Part shown: piece after piece, positions 63,044-64,000 of the stretch
Position numbering within the stretch: the stretch's first letter is position 1
How the letters are laid out: each line of letters starts with the position of its first letter
From: Octopus sinensis
Lineage: Eukaryota
Assembly: GCF_006345805.1 (NCBI RefSeq)
Contig: NC_043003.1
Location: 91,884,001-91,948,000 of the forward strand
Length of the DNA: 64,000 nt
Direction: 5' to 3'
Notes under the pieces: model-generated
What the model saw: only the letters and a program-made list of their open reading frames with translations
Told to the model about the DNA's origin: nothing
Database searches by the model: none
Program-made: the position numbers and the translations under genes

Positions 63044-64000
63044 TATTCCATAGAATATAGATGCATTTTGTTTTTCATAGTTTTTTTTTTTACTTTTTGC
63101 ATACTTAGCTGTTGTATGAGTGAATTAGTTATTTTTTGTAAATTTTAGTTCTGAAAATTCATAGTAGAAAGTATATGTAATGATGTACTTACATATTAAA
63201 TGTTGTATTTATTACTAGTACCCTTCTTGTGAATAGTATGTTTTATTTATTATAAGTTTATGTAGATTTATTAGCATTTATATAGATTTATTATTTGTAT
63301 TTTAACATTGATTGTAGAAGTTAAATGGTGTTATGTAACTATTATTAGTTCAACCCCTTTTTCATATTCAACTGTCCTTGAATCAGTAAATCAGGTCCAT
63401 TGTTAATACATTTAAAAGAGAGTGTTCATAGATTAACAAATTGCAAATATTTGAGTTGAAAGAATTTTTTTTATTAATAGATCATAGGTGTGTATCTTGT
63501 CTTTGGCACAACTCTGTATCCTTAACAAAGAAATTTAGCTCCATCAATGCCTCTGTCCACCTGGCCACAGCTATTTATGTAGCTTGCAGTAGTGAGCTTA
63601 CATTCCCTTCTACCTTGGCAAAATCTATAATAAACTGATAATGTTCCACCTCTAGGAGAGAGTGTTACATCTCGCTGATGCTTAATAACACAGAAACTAA
63701 TATAATTTCTCTCGTCCTTATACATTTTTGTAATATGTTTGATTCAAGTATACAGACAAATATCACTAAATCTGACTATTGCTGATTGCATAACCAAGCC
63801 CTAGTGTTGTTCTCAGCAAGATCTATTTGAGAGAGTTACAAGAAGTGATCTATAGTCTAAGGTTCAATCCCTTACTCCAACATTGTCAGGTTAAACATGT
63901 AGCATTATTTATTTAACATTTAATTCCTAAAACAGTCTGCTCTTGTGGAAAGTTTCTTTAGGCATTTCCGTTTTGTTTTTAGTTTCAACTGGAAAAATCT

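Noticed and set aside
63539-63583. Pro-containing exon candidate APSMPLSTWPQLFM
   Set aside because: Poor pyrimidine tract, an in-frame TAG, and no phase 1 donor.

Overview
AT-rich eukaryotic genomic DNA, dense in microsatellites and SINEs. The repeat content looks like an octopus (coleoid cephalopod) genome; that is an inference from recognising repeat families, not a database result. The window is the interior of one + strand vinculin gene. I could splice 15 consecutive GT-AG exons (2487-46806; 2098 nt, about 699 codons) with every intron phase matching. They encode the head from VGYDT... to the FPPPP motif at the start of the proline-rich hinge. The first coding exon lies upstream of the window; the rest of the hinge and the tail domain lie downstream. 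The best observation is in the >17 kb after the FPPPP exon (46807-64000). It holds at least four candidate frame-preserving phase 1-1 cassette exons (201 or 180, 36, 45 and 120 nt), two of them proline-rich and three followed by a TGCATG (RBFOX-type) motif. A near-perfect hairpin with 136-bp arms lies among them. Together this suggests a combinatorially spliced vinculin hinge, at a different position from the vertebrate metavinculin insert. The introns carry many transposon relics: an internally deleted Gypsy element with a nested SINE, a mariner abutting a Helitron helicase fragment, Penelope-like GIY-YIG and hammerhead remnants, CR1-, RTE- and RLE-type LINE ends, several MITEs, and modular tRNA-derived SINEs. 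One SINE 3' tail matches a LINE 3' end in the same window. There are no prokaryotic systems, CRISPR arrays, rRNAs or true tRNAs.
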